A DNA stretch of 64,000 nucleotides, taken from IMG/VR virus record IMGVR_UViG_3300026088_000013. One strand, 5' to 3'. Positions within the stretch are counted from its first letter, which is position 1. The number at the start of each line of letters is the position of its first letter. The translations under genes and the position numbers were made by a program. This stretch comes from a virus. The notes beneath the pieces are model-generated. The model was given only the letters and a program-made list of their open reading frames with translations. It ran no database searches and was not told where the DNA came from. Below are positions 1 to 8,459 of the stretch, one piece after another.

Positions 1-235
1 TGATAGCAAAATGAACTTGCTCGTGGCGCAGTGTTGCCGGGTTCGCCGTCCTTGTCCAACTCTTTTCTGGCTCAAAGATGGCATAGGCAGTATCCTTCTC
101 TATTACTATTCCAGTGCAAGTACTTGCTGCATGGTCGTTCGTTGGCTTCCCTTTAAAGTCACTCCATTTTAGTTCACGGTAACCTATAGGAGTAGAAGTA
201 AATGGAAGTAAGAATATAATAAGGAGTAGTTTCAT
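1..235 (-). CDS. Secreted DUF922-like HExxH metallopeptidase, truncated by window edge (not in ORF track)
   Basis: Hand translation MKLLLIIFLLPFTSTPIGYRELKWSDFKGKP...EKSWTRTANPATLRHEQVHFAI; hydrophobic N-terminus; LxWxDFxGxP, SW and HExxH motifs; ATGA overlap with 232..471. Confidence 0.75.
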   Translation of the reverse strand, partial: MKLLLIIFLLPFTSTPIGYRELKWSDFKGKPTNDHAASTCTGIVIEKDTAYAIFEPEKSWTRTANPATLRHEQVHFAI

Positions 236-471
236 TCAGCAGCAGGTGTTGGTGTTGAAACCAATGCGTCCTTCAATGGCTTTACATCACAAGAATCTAT
301 CTCCCGATGGATATTTGCTGCATGGTCATCAATGATATCGTATAGAACTTTTGCTTTTGTGAATTTAACAGCCACCACTTCCCCCCAATACAATGGCGCA
401 TCTCCACTAACGTTGGGTATCGGGTAAAATTCTACCTCATCCCCTATTTGCATTTTACTTGGTAACTGCAT
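232..471 (-). CDS. Hypothetical protein, SH3/KOW-like beta-barrel
   Basis: 79 aa ORF, IGDEVEF...GEVVAVKF...YDI pattern. Confidence 0.6.
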   Translation of the reverse strand: MQLPSKMQIGDEVEFYPIPNVSGDAPLYWGEVVAVKFTKAKVLYDIIDDHAANIHREIDSCDVKPLKDALVSTPTPAAE

Positions 472-650
472 TTTCTAATTTATTTAGAGCAGCAAATTAC
501 AACGCTTATCCAATTCAAAAAAGAGGGAAAGTACTCGATTTTTAACCATTACGGTTTCCCGTACTATAAAATGCCGACAACTTCTTATCTTAGTCGGGCC
601 GTGACGAAACGCCGGGAACATTCATTCAAACATTTTAAAATTAAACATTT

Positions 651-950
651 ATGGATTCAAGAATTTCAATCAAGGGGGATTTCGTATCGAATACTCCCTT
701 CATAGACGTAGTTTACAACCCTTCCGATGATGCCCGCGATGAAATGGTAAGGGCTTTTGCCAGCAAACTTGACTATACTTCCTGTTGGGCTTATTTAGAC
801 TGGCAACCACAAAATAGCGACAATGGCCGGTTTAACTTTCGCATATACCCCCTCACACCAGACCAATTACAATCCCATATCGAACGAATGCAAGAGGCCT
901 TACGGGTTTACTCCGAACACCAGATAAGCAAGACAGCGCCCAAACAATAA
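651..950 (+). CDS. Hypothetical protein
   Basis: 99 aa ORF, AT-rich start context, followed by terminator. Confidence 0.75.
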   Translation: MDSRISIKGDFVSNTPFIDVVYNPSDDARDEMVRAFASKLDYTSCWAYLDWQPQNSDNGRFNFRIYPLTPDQLQSHIERMQEALRVYSEHQISKTAPKQ

Positions 951-952
951 CC

Positions 953-974
953 GCCGTTTCGGCACGGCTTTTTT
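953..974 (+). terminator. Intrinsic terminator
   Basis: gccgt-ttcggc-acggc then tttttt, right after stop at 950. Confidence 0.75.
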
Positions 975-1384
975 CTCCCACAAATTCCCACCCCATCTTT
1001 CTGCACCCCCCTAACTAATTGAACCCCACCCCCGTCACCGAAAAATAAAAGACCCCTACTTCTACTCTCCGAAACCACCCCCGCCCGAAACGAAGGCCGC
1101 CGCCCGTTGGGGATCGAGATTCTAGCGACTGGGTGGCTATCTTTTTGGTTTTCAGATTGCCTGTAGGAATTTATTTGCGCTGGCCGCGGGCTATTGGGAT
1201 TTGGGGTTAGGCTAACTGTTTGAGAGGCAATGATATGCTGTTGTGTTGGGGGCTACGGTGGAGGCTGTGTTGTGTTGTGTGAGAGAGGGATGGGGGTGGG
1301 GTAATAAGTGGGGGATAGGTGTAAGAGGAGAGGAGGGGTAAATTAGATTTGGATAGGGGGTTAGATGTTAGGGAAAAATTAGGG
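975..1384. other. Non-coding C-rich/G-rich mirror region, candidate origin or packaging/terminus site
   Basis: C-runs 977-1086, G-runs 1203-1384, no ORF in track. Confidence 0.45.
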
Positions 1385-1414
1385 TTTGATATTCTTAGAT
1401 ATTAGATATATTTG
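1385..1414 (+). promoter_or_regulatory. Bacteroidota primary-sigma promoter
   Basis: TTTG 1385-1388, 18 nt spacer, TATATTTG 1407-1414; ATG at 1421. Confidence 0.7.
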
Positions 1415-1420
1415 CAGCAG

Positions 1421-1636
1421 ATGAAGACAAGCAAGACATACAGGGCACAAGGGAATAACTATAGAGTGGTAGACCAATTGCCGCCGGATGCAATGACCAT
1501 TAGTGAATACTGCGTGCAGCGTGGTTGCACTAATCCTTATATCTATCAATTAGCTAAATCAGGGAAAGCCAACTTTGAGATAGTGATATTCAAGGGGATA
1601 AACTTTGTTATTAACGTTAACAAATCATTAACATAA
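1421..1636 (+). CDS. Small excisionase/Nu1-like winged HTH DNA-binding protein
   Basis: MTISEYCVQRGCTNPYIYQLAKSGK; start moved to ATG 1421 downstream of promoter. Confidence 0.6.
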   Translation: MKTSKTYRAQGNNYRVVDQLPPDAMTISEYCVQRGCTNPYIYQLAKSGKANFEIVIFKGINFVINVNKSLT

Positions 1637-1664
1637 ATAACTGCTGCAACTTAGATATATCTCA

Positions 1665-1672
1665 TATCTTTG
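1665..1672 (+). promoter_or_regulatory. -7 promoter element
   Basis: TATCTTTG, 19 nt before ATG 1691. Confidence 0.6.
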
Positions 1673-1690
1673 ATTTCTAAACCATCCATT

Positions 1691-2479
1691 ATGCTAACAT
1701 TAGGATTCACTACACAGTATTATACGCTTTGGGAAGTGGGCGAGCCATATAAGAAATATGGCGCGGGCATTGTATTGAATGGTGCATTTACTGGCAGCTA
1801 TGAGATGGTGCAGGATTGTACCTATCGGCAAAACCTATCAAAGGACTACGATGCCGCTATTACCAAGATTAGTGCAATGGGGGAATACGTTGTAGATCTT
1901 GATTTACGCGGCCATTATTCATTTGTTCGCTCTATCGGTCAAAGCGGTAATGATCTACCTGAATACGCTTTCACTTTTGGGCAGTTAATTGGGCAAGATA
2001 TTCGCATCGCTACTGACATATGGCAGCTTAAAAGGGCTATGACACAGGAATTAGGGGCCAAGAGGCGCGTTTATGCACGCAGGCGATTAATTGAATTGGG
2101 CGAGTTAGTGCGTAATACAATAGGCTTACAAGCTGGTACAGAGGCGTGGATTAATCCTTCACATTTCAGAGCCGTTAAGGAGCGCCTTGATGAGCAGGCA
2201 TTGGGCGGCCACTTTTATGATGATGGCAAACGTATCAGCCTTATTATCAAACGCATAGGCGGTTATGGTTGGGATTCTCAATATGGTTTCGTATACGTTG
2301 AAAAGTATTTAACCAATGATGGTAAGATTGTTAAGTACAAAGGCACTTCCCCGCTCAATATTACGGAAGAGTTTACAGAAGTCATGGCAACCGTTGAACA
2401 TGGCGACTATAAGGGCGTTCCCGAAACCCGTTTAAAAAGGATGAAAGTAATTGCCTCTAAACCCTTACAAACCGCTTAA
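1691..2479 (+). CDS. Phage protein with probable C-terminal OB-fold
   Basis: SQYG...DGKIVKYKG...ATVEHGDYKGVPETRLKR pattern; ATG 1691 preferred to TTG 1670. Confidence 0.55.
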   Translation: MLTLGFTTQYYTLWEVGEPYKKYGAGIVLNGAFTGSYEMVQDCTYRQNLSKDYDAAITKISAMGEYVVDLDLRGHYSFVRSIGQSGNDLPEYAFTFGQLIGQDIRIATDIWQLKRAMTQELGAKRRVYARRRLIELGELVRNTIGLQAGTEAWINPSHFRAVKERLDEQALGGHFYDDGKRISLIIKRIGGYGWDSQYGFVYVEKYLTNDGKIVKYKGTSPLNITEEFTEVMATVEHGDYKGVPETRLKRMKVIASKPLQTA

Positions 2480-2481
2480 AT

Positions 2482-2715
2482 ATGAAGAAAAAGCTATTAG
2501 TCGTAGCCCACTCTTTTACCTTTAATAACGGCGTATGTGTTACGTGGAAGCCCCTTAAAGAAGATGGGAAAGGACATGACTTGTTTAACGTAACTATTGA
2601 GTTTTCGCCTACCGATATCGTACACAGCCAACACCACGGGCCAGCATCCGCCCACAGTTCGCAGCATCTCCTTAAATGGGAGATAAGAGATAGAAAGAAG
2701 AAAGGAGATATATAA
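2482..2715 (+). CDS. Hypothetical protein
   Basis: 77 aa, tightly packed in operon. Confidence 0.65.
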   Translation: MKKKLLVVAHSFTFNNGVCVTWKPLKEDGKGHDLFNVTIEFSPTDIVHSQHHGPASAHSSQHLLKWEIRDRKKKGDI

Positions 2716-2748
2716 TTTGATTCGTTAACTTAACTAAATACAAATGTT

Positions 2749-2973
2749 ATGAATATTATATCAACATTGGCAACCCCTGAAGTAATGACAGGCCAATTAC
2801 CAGTATTATTTTATGAAAACCTCTGGCTTTCTGCCTTCCCCAAAGGTGAAACGCCTACAAAGAGGTATTATAAACAACGTCTTAAAGAGTTGGAAACATG
2901 GGATACCAGCAACAATAAGCCCAACGAACGACAGGGAAAGATTAACGCCTTAAAACAGCTTATAAATGGATAA
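2749..2973 (+). CDS. Hypothetical protein
   Basis: 74 aa, AT-rich start context. Confidence 0.65.
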   Translation: MNIISTLATPEVMTGQLPVLFYENLWLSAFPKGETPTKRYYKQRLKELETWDTSNNKPNERQGKINALKQLING

Positions 2974-2991
2974 GGCAACTAATATAACGTT

Positions 2992-3168
2992 ATGAAAACA
3001 TACGTCGATAATGGCTACAAGTACTGGTATGATATCTCATTAAGATTTTGGGTAATCTATTCAGTGGACGGTGAAATGAATCAAACCGACAATGCAGATT
3101 ATTACCCTAATAAACAACGTATGTTAATGGTATATCCATTCTTAAAATTTACTACTATTACTGAATAA
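2992..3168 (+). CDS. Hypothetical protein (58 aa, not in track)
   Basis: Hand translation MKTYVDNGYKYWYD...FTTITE; fills gap in operon. Confidence 0.65.
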   Translation: MKTYVDNGYKYWYDISLRFWVIYSVDGEMNQTDNADYYPNKQRMLMVYPFLKFTTITE

Positions 3169-3180
3169 AATGTTATAGTT

Positions 3181-3396
3181 ATGTCTAAAAGCATGTGGAT
3201 AGATGCGGTTTTAATAAAACCAGTTCAGGAAGATGCTAAAACAAGCATTAATGTCCTCTTTTGGCAAGAAGGGAATATGTGCCCTTGTTGGGGATATTAT
3301 AATTATGATAGCCATGTGTGGTTCTCCATAAGCAATAATTCCATTGCTCGCACTCCCGTTAAATACTTCGCCTACATCTCTAATCCTTATAAATAA
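3181..3396 (+). CDS. Hypothetical protein, DUF551-like pattern
   Basis: WID..KP...VLFW...GYY...WF...VKYF. Confidence 0.55.
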   Translation: MSKSMWIDAVLIKPVQEDAKTSINVLFWQEGNMCPCWGYYNYDSHVWFSISNNSIARTPVKYFAYISNPYK

Positions 3397-3432
3397 TTTG
3401 TTTAATTAATAAATGTTTAGTTACTTTACGAT

Positions 3433-3855
3433 ATGGAAGGAATGAGATTTATTTACTCTCTATCGGATAAGGGCCGCGTATTTTATGTAGGAATGACTAA
3501 AGATCTTCATAAACGGTACACATGGCACTGTAACGCATCTTCGTGCTCTTTTAATACGTATAAATACATCCATGTAATGCTAAAAAAGGGACGCCTGCCC
3601 ACTATTCATATAATCGATTATCTCCCTTATGAATTGGCCGGAAGAAGAGAGGCTGAAATTATTCAACTTTTTGCCACCGCAGGACATTCTTTAACTAATG
3701 ATACATTCAATTACAACAAACTCGTAACCTCTATTCCTTTGCCCGTTACCCAACGTAAAACCCCATTTAAAAGAGGCCAACTAGATTACATAAAAGAAAT
3801 GCAGGAACAATATATTGAACATTATAACTATACTACAAGATTAAAGAATGGCTAA
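3433..3855 (+). CDS. GIY-YIG nuclease family protein
   Basis: FIYSL...FYVGMT.DL.KR...H motif. Confidence 0.8.
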   Translation: MEGMRFIYSLSDKGRVFYVGMTKDLHKRYTWHCNASSCSFNTYKYIHVMLKKGRLPTIHIIDYLPYELAGRREAEIIQLFATAGHSLTNDTFNYNKLVTSIPLPVTQRKTPFKRGQLDYIKEMQEQYIEHYNYTTRLKNG

Positions 3856-4045
3856 GCAAACCAACCCAACTACTATAGATACAGAAATATGGCTTACTCA
3901 AAAAGCTTTGGCCGACCAATTAGGCATCCCGGTACAGAACGTCCATAATTGGATAAGAAGGGGGAAAATAGAAAGCAAAAAGATAGGCCCTAGAATTACT
4001 TTGGTTAATAAAAACACCATAACTATCAATAAATCAAATAGTTAA
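3848..4045 (+). CDS. HTH DNA-binding protein (excisionase/HTH_17-like)
   Basis: WLTQKALADQLGIPVQNVHNWIRRGKI. Confidence 0.8.
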   Translation: MAKQTNPTTIDTEIWLTQKALADQLGIPVQNVHNWIRRGKIESKKIGPRITLVNKNTITINKSNS

Positions 4046-4086
4046 TTATTATTAACTACCCTTTAAGAAATCATTAACAATATTTA

Positions 4087-4118
4087 TTTGTTTAGTAAGT
4101 AAACTAGTTGTACATTTG
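4087..4118 (+). promoter_or_regulatory. Consensus Bacteroidota promoter
   Basis: TTTG 4087-4090, 20 nt spacer, TACATTTG 4111-4118. Confidence 0.8.
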
Positions 4119-4159
4119 TTATGTCATCGGTTATTAATCACTCAAAACACTTTCAGAAT

Positions 4160-4480
4160 ATGACTACTCAAACTGCCACTAAAAAACTAACCCTTGCAAG
4201 TGTAAAATCATTTATCAAGGTTAATCGTAAGGACTTGCTTATCAATGTTAAGTCTAGTTTTGACGGTATGACTGATTGTGTGGAGCGTGTAGCGGGCGGC
4301 TTCGTCCCGGCTAAAGACGACAATGAAATGCCTTATGAAAATTGCTTGGGTATCAAAGGCGCTTGGTTTGTGGGGCACAGCCGGGATTACTTCTCCATCT
4401 ACGTTGAGGGAACCTATGCGGGCATAGAAGTATCTAACTCTTGCGGCTCGTTTATTTTGGCTATAAATAGGGCATTATAA
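4160..4480 (+). CDS. Phage hypothetical protein
   Basis: SFDGMTDCV...GIKGAWFVG.SRDYF...NSCGSF; ATG 4160 lies downstream of the promoter. Confidence 0.7.
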   Translation: MTTQTATKKLTLASVKSFIKVNRKDLLINVKSSFDGMTDCVERVAGGFVPAKDDNEMPYENCLGIKGAWFVGHSRDYFSIYVEGTYAGIEVSNSCGSFILAINRAL

Positions 4481-4533
4481 CCTTTAATCACTAATATATA
4501 AATACCTGTTTAATTTTAAATCAATCCTTTACT

Positions 4534-4806
4534 ATGGCACGTCTTACGCTCAAACAAGTTAATAAGCACATACAAACTAAATACCCTGATATATTCGTTC
4601 AAAGAATAGACGGTTATTTTTCTGTGTGGAGCGATGATGACGCTACGCAGTTAAAGATATCCAGCCTATTCTCTAGCGGCATATACTTCACACCAACTGT
4701 CAATAGTTTATCGCTGGAAAAGTGGATGGAATCGGTCGAATACGTCATAGAAGACACACAACGCAGCCCATCAGAACGTGAACCATTATATCCTGCAAAA
4801 TTATAA
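4534..4806 (+). CDS. Hypothetical protein
   Basis: 90 aa in operon. Confidence 0.65.
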   Translation: MARLTLKQVNKHIQTKYPDIFVQRIDGYFSVWSDDDATQLKISSLFSSGIYFTPTVNSLSLEKWMESVEYVIEDTQRSPSEREPLYPAKL

Positions 4807-4809
4807 ATC

Positions 4810-5049
4810 ATGGCAAAAGCAAAACTATCAAAGCTGGAAATCAGCATCCTTTCTGAACTGCATTACCGCGGTAGTTTGGATATTATTAAAAATGGCACTA
4901 CTATTATCTGTGTAAAGGGGGATAAATACCACAGTACGCCCATGATGGATCACGCTATTCATCAGGGCTGGGCTAAAGTAAAAAACGGATATCTCTGGGG
5001 CACACAAAAGGCTAGTGAGGTTTATCAGAAATCTATTTCCGACAAATGA
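4810..5049 (+). CDS. Hypothetical protein, possible winged helix
   Basis: 79 aa, ATGA overlap with next gene. Confidence 0.6.
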   Translation: MAKAKLSKLEISILSELHYRGSLDIIKNGTTIICVKGDKYHSTPMMDHAIHQGWAKVKNGYLWGTQKASEVYQKSISDK

Positions 5050-5882
5050 ACGTACTCTCTCTTTTCGACGGCATCAGCTGCGGTCAAGTCGCGTGTGAAC
5101 GTGCTGGGTTGATTATCGATAAATACGTCGCCTCTGAAATCGATAAGCATGCCATCGCAGTAACTCAATATCACTATCCGCATACAATTCAAGTTGGGGA
5201 TATAAGAAGCGTAAAAGTCACACAATGGTTTGACTTATGTTTTTCTGGATCGCCTTGTCAGGGGTTTAGTTTCGCCGGTAAGCAGTTGAATTTTGATGAC
5301 CCACGAAGCGCATTGTTCTTTGAATATGTAAGGGTGTTAAAAGAAGCACAAGCCATAAATCCAAATATCAAATTCGTCTTTGAAAATGTTAAAATGTCCG
5401 CTAAATGCGAAGATATAATAACCAGAATATTTGGGATGCGACCTATCAGGCTTAATTCAGCCAGAATAACCGCACAATCCAGGCAAAGATTATATTGGAC
5501 CAATATACTTGTAACATCTATACCTGAAAGAAAGTTAATAAGCCTTCAAGATATCTTAGAAGACGATTATGTAGCAGATAGGCAGAAAAGCTATTGTATA
5601 GATGCTAATTATGGTAAAGGAAGCAATCCACGTAGTTATGCAATGGGCAGGAGGCAAATAGTATTCAAAACACAAAAGGATATGATATTCTTTCTTAATC
5701 ATGGGAAAAATACAAAAACTAAAGATGTGGATTTCCGTATATTAACACCTATGGAATGCGAAACACTACAAACATTACCTAAAAACTATACTTCCATTCT
5801 TCCGAAGGTTCGCCGCTATCATGCAATAGGTAATGGGTGGACGGTAGATGTGGTAGCTCATATTTTAAAACATATAAAATGA
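5046..5882 (+). CDS. dcm: DNA cytosine-5 methyltransferase
   Basis: Motifs I LSLFDG, IV SPCQGFS, VI ENV, VIII QSRQR, IX LTPMECETLQ, X IGNGW. Confidence 0.95.
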   Translation: MNVLSLFDGISCGQVACERAGLIIDKYVASEIDKHAIAVTQYHYPHTIQVGDIRSVKVTQWFDLCFSGSPCQGFSFAGKQLNFDDPRSALFFEYVRVLKEAQAINPNIKFVFENVKMSAKCEDIITRIFGMRPIRLNSARITAQSRQRLYWTNILVTSIPERKLISLQDILEDDYVADRQKSYCIDANYGKGSNPRSYAMGRRQIVFKTQKDMIFFLNHGKNTKTKDVDFRILTPMECETLQTLPKNYTSILPKVRRYHAIGNGWTVDVVAHILKHIK

Positions 5883-6271
5883 AACTAATATTAGGAATGC
5901 GGGTTGCATATAAATCGCCGGATGACGGAAGTCCGCAGCAAGGTGTTATTGACCATATAACCAATACGAAGGTTTTTGTCTTTAACGATGACGATGATAT
6001 TGACGATTTCCCGCTCCCGCAGGCAAATCTGGACCTTGAGATTTTGCATCAGGAACACAATAATCCGGAAACTTATTTCGACAAAAACAAAAACGGTGGT
6101 CTATACAAAATAGGCACGTTAAAGTTCCCTCGTACCGTTCTGAAAGATGGCTGTAAGTTCATCTTTCTTCGCATAGCCACAAGGGCAATAGATGGAGAAA
6201 ATGGATTTTTATATCGGCAATATTCGCCCACCAAATATCAAGATGTTATAACTGATTCACCGTTAACTTAA
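5879..6271 (+). CDS. Hypothetical protein
   Basis: ATG 5879 overlaps dcm stop (ATGA). Confidence 0.65.
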   Translation: MKLILGMRVAYKSPDDGSPQQGVIDHITNTKVFVFNDDDDIDDFPLPQANLDLEILHQEHNNPETYFDKNKNGGLYKIGTLKFPRTVLKDGCKFIFLRIATRAIDGENGFLYRQYSPTKYQDVITDSPLT

Positions 6272-6282
6272 AACTCTAAATT

Positions 6283-6522
6283 ATGAAACACTTACTTATC
6301 GTTTGCCTCGTTGGTTTGATTTCTTTTTCTACTCTCGCTGGTGGCCCCTGTAAAGCCACTACAACTAAAGGCCAGCCATGCCACGGCGTTGCAGATTCAA
6401 CCGGATATTGCATGGTTCATGCTGTTAATGTCCTCCGTTGCGGAGCAATGACAGTTAAAAAACTACCCTGCAAAAACCGCGTAAATAAAGCAGGGGATAA
6501 ATGCAGGTATCATAATCATTAA
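6283..6522 (+). CDS. Small exported Cys/His-repeat protein
   Basis: Signal peptide ending TLA; two C-x-A-x-T-x-K-x-x-P-C...C-x-x-H units. Confidence 0.7.
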   Translation: MKHLLIVCLVGLISFSTLAGGPCKATTTKGQPCHGVADSTGYCMVHAVNVLRCGAMTVKKLPCKNRVNKAGDKCRYHNH

Positions 6523-6548
6523 TCAATACTTATTAATACCTATAAATC

Positions 6549-6797
6549 ATGAAACTTCACCACTTAATTATCTTAGCCCTTTGCGGATTAACATGGACAG
6601 CTTTTTACTTTAGCGGGCGTCCAGATAGCAACGCAGTCCCCTTTGAAGGACAAGACCCAACCCACGTTATAGTAGACGGGGACGAAATGCCCGGCATTGG
6701 AGCGGATAAAACTAACCCGGATACCGCATTGGTTTACTTTAACGAAACAGATAGGAAAATACATATAAAGTATTTAGCACCTTCAAAGCCCCAGTAA
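6549..6797 (+). CDS. Membrane-anchored/exported hypothetical protein
   Basis: N-terminal hydrophobic segment. Confidence 0.65.
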   Translation: MKLHHLIILALCGLTWTAFYFSGRPDSNAVPFEGQDPTHVIVDGDEMPGIGADKTNPDTALVYFNETDRKIHIKYLAPSKPQ

Positions 6798-6857
6798 CAT
6801 GTCGCATTTTGAACAATATTTAAACTAACCAGTACATTACTTAAATACCTATTTGTT

Positions 6858-7085
6858 ATGACACAACGTGCATTAATTGGAACAGCGTTTGAATACGCAA
6901 CTATTAGCAATCTTAGTGCGCGTATTCGTAATGACATACAAGAATTACTTTCGTTTTCAGACCCTTCCTATATTCCATTAGACGATCTTAAACGGTTGGC
7001 AGAGGTTAGGGATTTATTAACTAATTATCACTTCAAATTCAGTGCTACTAACTTAGATAAAATTATATCAGACAGCACTTTTTAA
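6858..7085 (+). CDS. Hypothetical protein
   Basis: 75 aa in operon. Confidence 0.6.
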   Translation: MTQRALIGTAFEYATISNLSARIRNDIQELLSFSDPSYIPLDDLKRLAEVRDLLTNYHFKFSATNLDKIISDSTF

Positions 7086-7092
7086 ATCATAA

Positions 7093-7317
7093 ATGATGAA
7101 CACCTTACACCAAAACGTATTAGAGGCTATTACCGGCCTTGAAAAAGTGGGCGATGAATTATCCCCGGCCAATGGTAAAAGCCTCCTAGTAACCGCCAAA
7201 TACACCTGTGACGACATTGTAGCAGGTAATACCTATGAGGTTATAAACCATTCAGGTCATTACTACTGGCTCGTATGTGGGGGAAGGTGGACTGACAAGG
7301 ATTTATTTAAAAAGTAA
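7093..7317 (+). CDS. Hypothetical protein
   Basis: 74 aa in operon. Confidence 0.6.
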   Translation: MMNTLHQNVLEAITGLEKVGDELSPANGKSLLVTAKYTCDDIVAGNTYEVINHSGHYYWLVCGGRWTDKDLFKK

Positions 7318-7330
7318 ACACTGTAAAAGT

Positions 7331-7609
7331 ATGTGCAATTATAACTTGGCATGGGTAGGAAATTGTGACAAACCTGCAACCAAAAATGGTATGTGCGAGG
7401 AACATTCAAAGGTAAAATGTAGTGTTTGCGGTAATGCAGCCACTCATCAATGTGCTGAAACTAATGGCCTAGTTTGTGGCGCTCCCCTCTGTAATGACTG
7501 CGAACACTTGTTAACAAAAGAAGGGGTTAACGATGGTTTTAACCACTGTAGAAAATCCGAACAGATTTACAAACCGTGGTATATTCAGGATATGGAAGCA
7601 AATAAGTAA
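7331..7609 (+). CDS. Cys-rich zinc-binding protein
   Basis: CxxH, CxxC, HxC, CxxC motifs; ATG 7331 avoids overlap. Confidence 0.7.
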   Translation: MCNYNLAWVGNCDKPATKNGMCEEHSKVKCSVCGNAATHQCAETNGLVCGAPLCNDCEHLLTKEGVNDGFNHCRKSEQIYKPWYIQDMEANK

Positions 7610-7641
7610 TAATAGTAAAATTATAAAATCCCCCTCACAGT

Positions 7642-7842
7642 ATGACAAAGAAACAAATACTTACAGGCTGTATACTTGGCTTCCTTATAATGGCTTTATG
7701 TATGTATATACCTGACTTGATATTTAAAGCACTACATGAACGCCCTGCAAGAGTAGATAATTACGGCTTAGGAATTGTAGGGGAGACGGCGGTAGGGAGT
7801 TCCTTATCTTATACTTTGGATTCGTTAAAATCAATCAAATAG
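7642..7842 (+). CDS. Small membrane protein
   Basis: N-terminal TM segment. Confidence 0.6.
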   Translation: MTKKQILTGCILGFLIMALCMYIPDLIFKALHERPARVDNYGLGIVGETAVGSSLSYTLDSLKSIK

Positions 7843-7845
7843 TAT

Positions 7846-8016
7846 ATGTTATACATTTTCATAAATGATGACGGTTATCTTAAAGTAAGTAAGAATATTA
7901 CAACAGAAGACATAGAATTATGCCATATTGACCGGCTTCGTATTATCAATCCAACCGAATTGACAGTATATGAAAATGGTAAATGGTACCCTATTGAAAC
8001 AAAAGACAACGATTAA
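7846..8016 (+). CDS. Hypothetical protein (56 aa, not in track)
   Basis: Hand translation MLYIFINDDG...ETKDND. Confidence 0.6.
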   Translation: MLYIFINDDGYLKVSKNITTEDIELCHIDRLRIINPTELTVYENGKWYPIETKDND

Positions 8017-8043
8017 TACTTTTAACTAAAAACTTTAAATACA

Positions 8044-8214
8044 ATGGCAGCAGTTATTATTTACGTTTTCTTTTGCGCCTTTGGCACTGTTGGTATGTTT
8101 TCCAAAGACGATCCTTTATTGGCAAAGATAGTCTTCTTTATTTTTTCGACTATCCATTTTCCAATGGCTATTGGTGCTGCAATAAGAGACATTTATAAAA
8201 ATACTTTAAAATAA
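8044..8214 (+). CDS. Two-TM small membrane protein (56 aa, not in track)
   Basis: MAAVIIYVFFCAFGTVGMF...KIVFFIFSTIHFPMAIGAAIRD. Confidence 0.65.
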   Translation: MAAVIIYVFFCAFGTVGMFSKDDPLLAKIVFFIFSTIHFPMAIGAAIRDIYKNTLK

Positions 8215-8228
8215 AAACAACGAATCAA

Positions 8229-8459
8229 ATGGACAATAAGAACTTACCAGCTTACCCAAACACAGGTAGCAAAGATATTACTGTAGGGGATTTAGGGTTG
8301 TCTAAACGCGAAATGATTGCCGCTATGTGCCTGCAAGGAATGCTCACTAATCCACATATTGTTGATGTGCTAACTAAAGATAGTGAAACATGGGTTATTG
8401 AAAAATCAACAGAACTAGCCGATGGTCTATTAACCCACCTTGAAAAAACGAACAAATGA
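8229..8459 (+). CDS. Phage hypothetical protein
   Basis: PAYP...GLSKRE..AAM.LQG pattern common in phage proteins. Confidence 0.75.
   Translation: MDNKNLPAYPNTGSKDITVGDLGLSKREMIAAMCLQGMLTNPHIVDVLTKDSETWVIEKSTELADGLLTHLEKTNK

Noticed and set aside
598-612. GACGAAAC resembling a hammerhead ribozyme core
   Set aside because: The required CUGANGA is absent (GUGACGA) and the three stems cannot be built
1368-1384. Two TTAGGG telomere-like hexamers
   Set aside because: Only two non-tandem copies; treated as part of the TTAG-rich region
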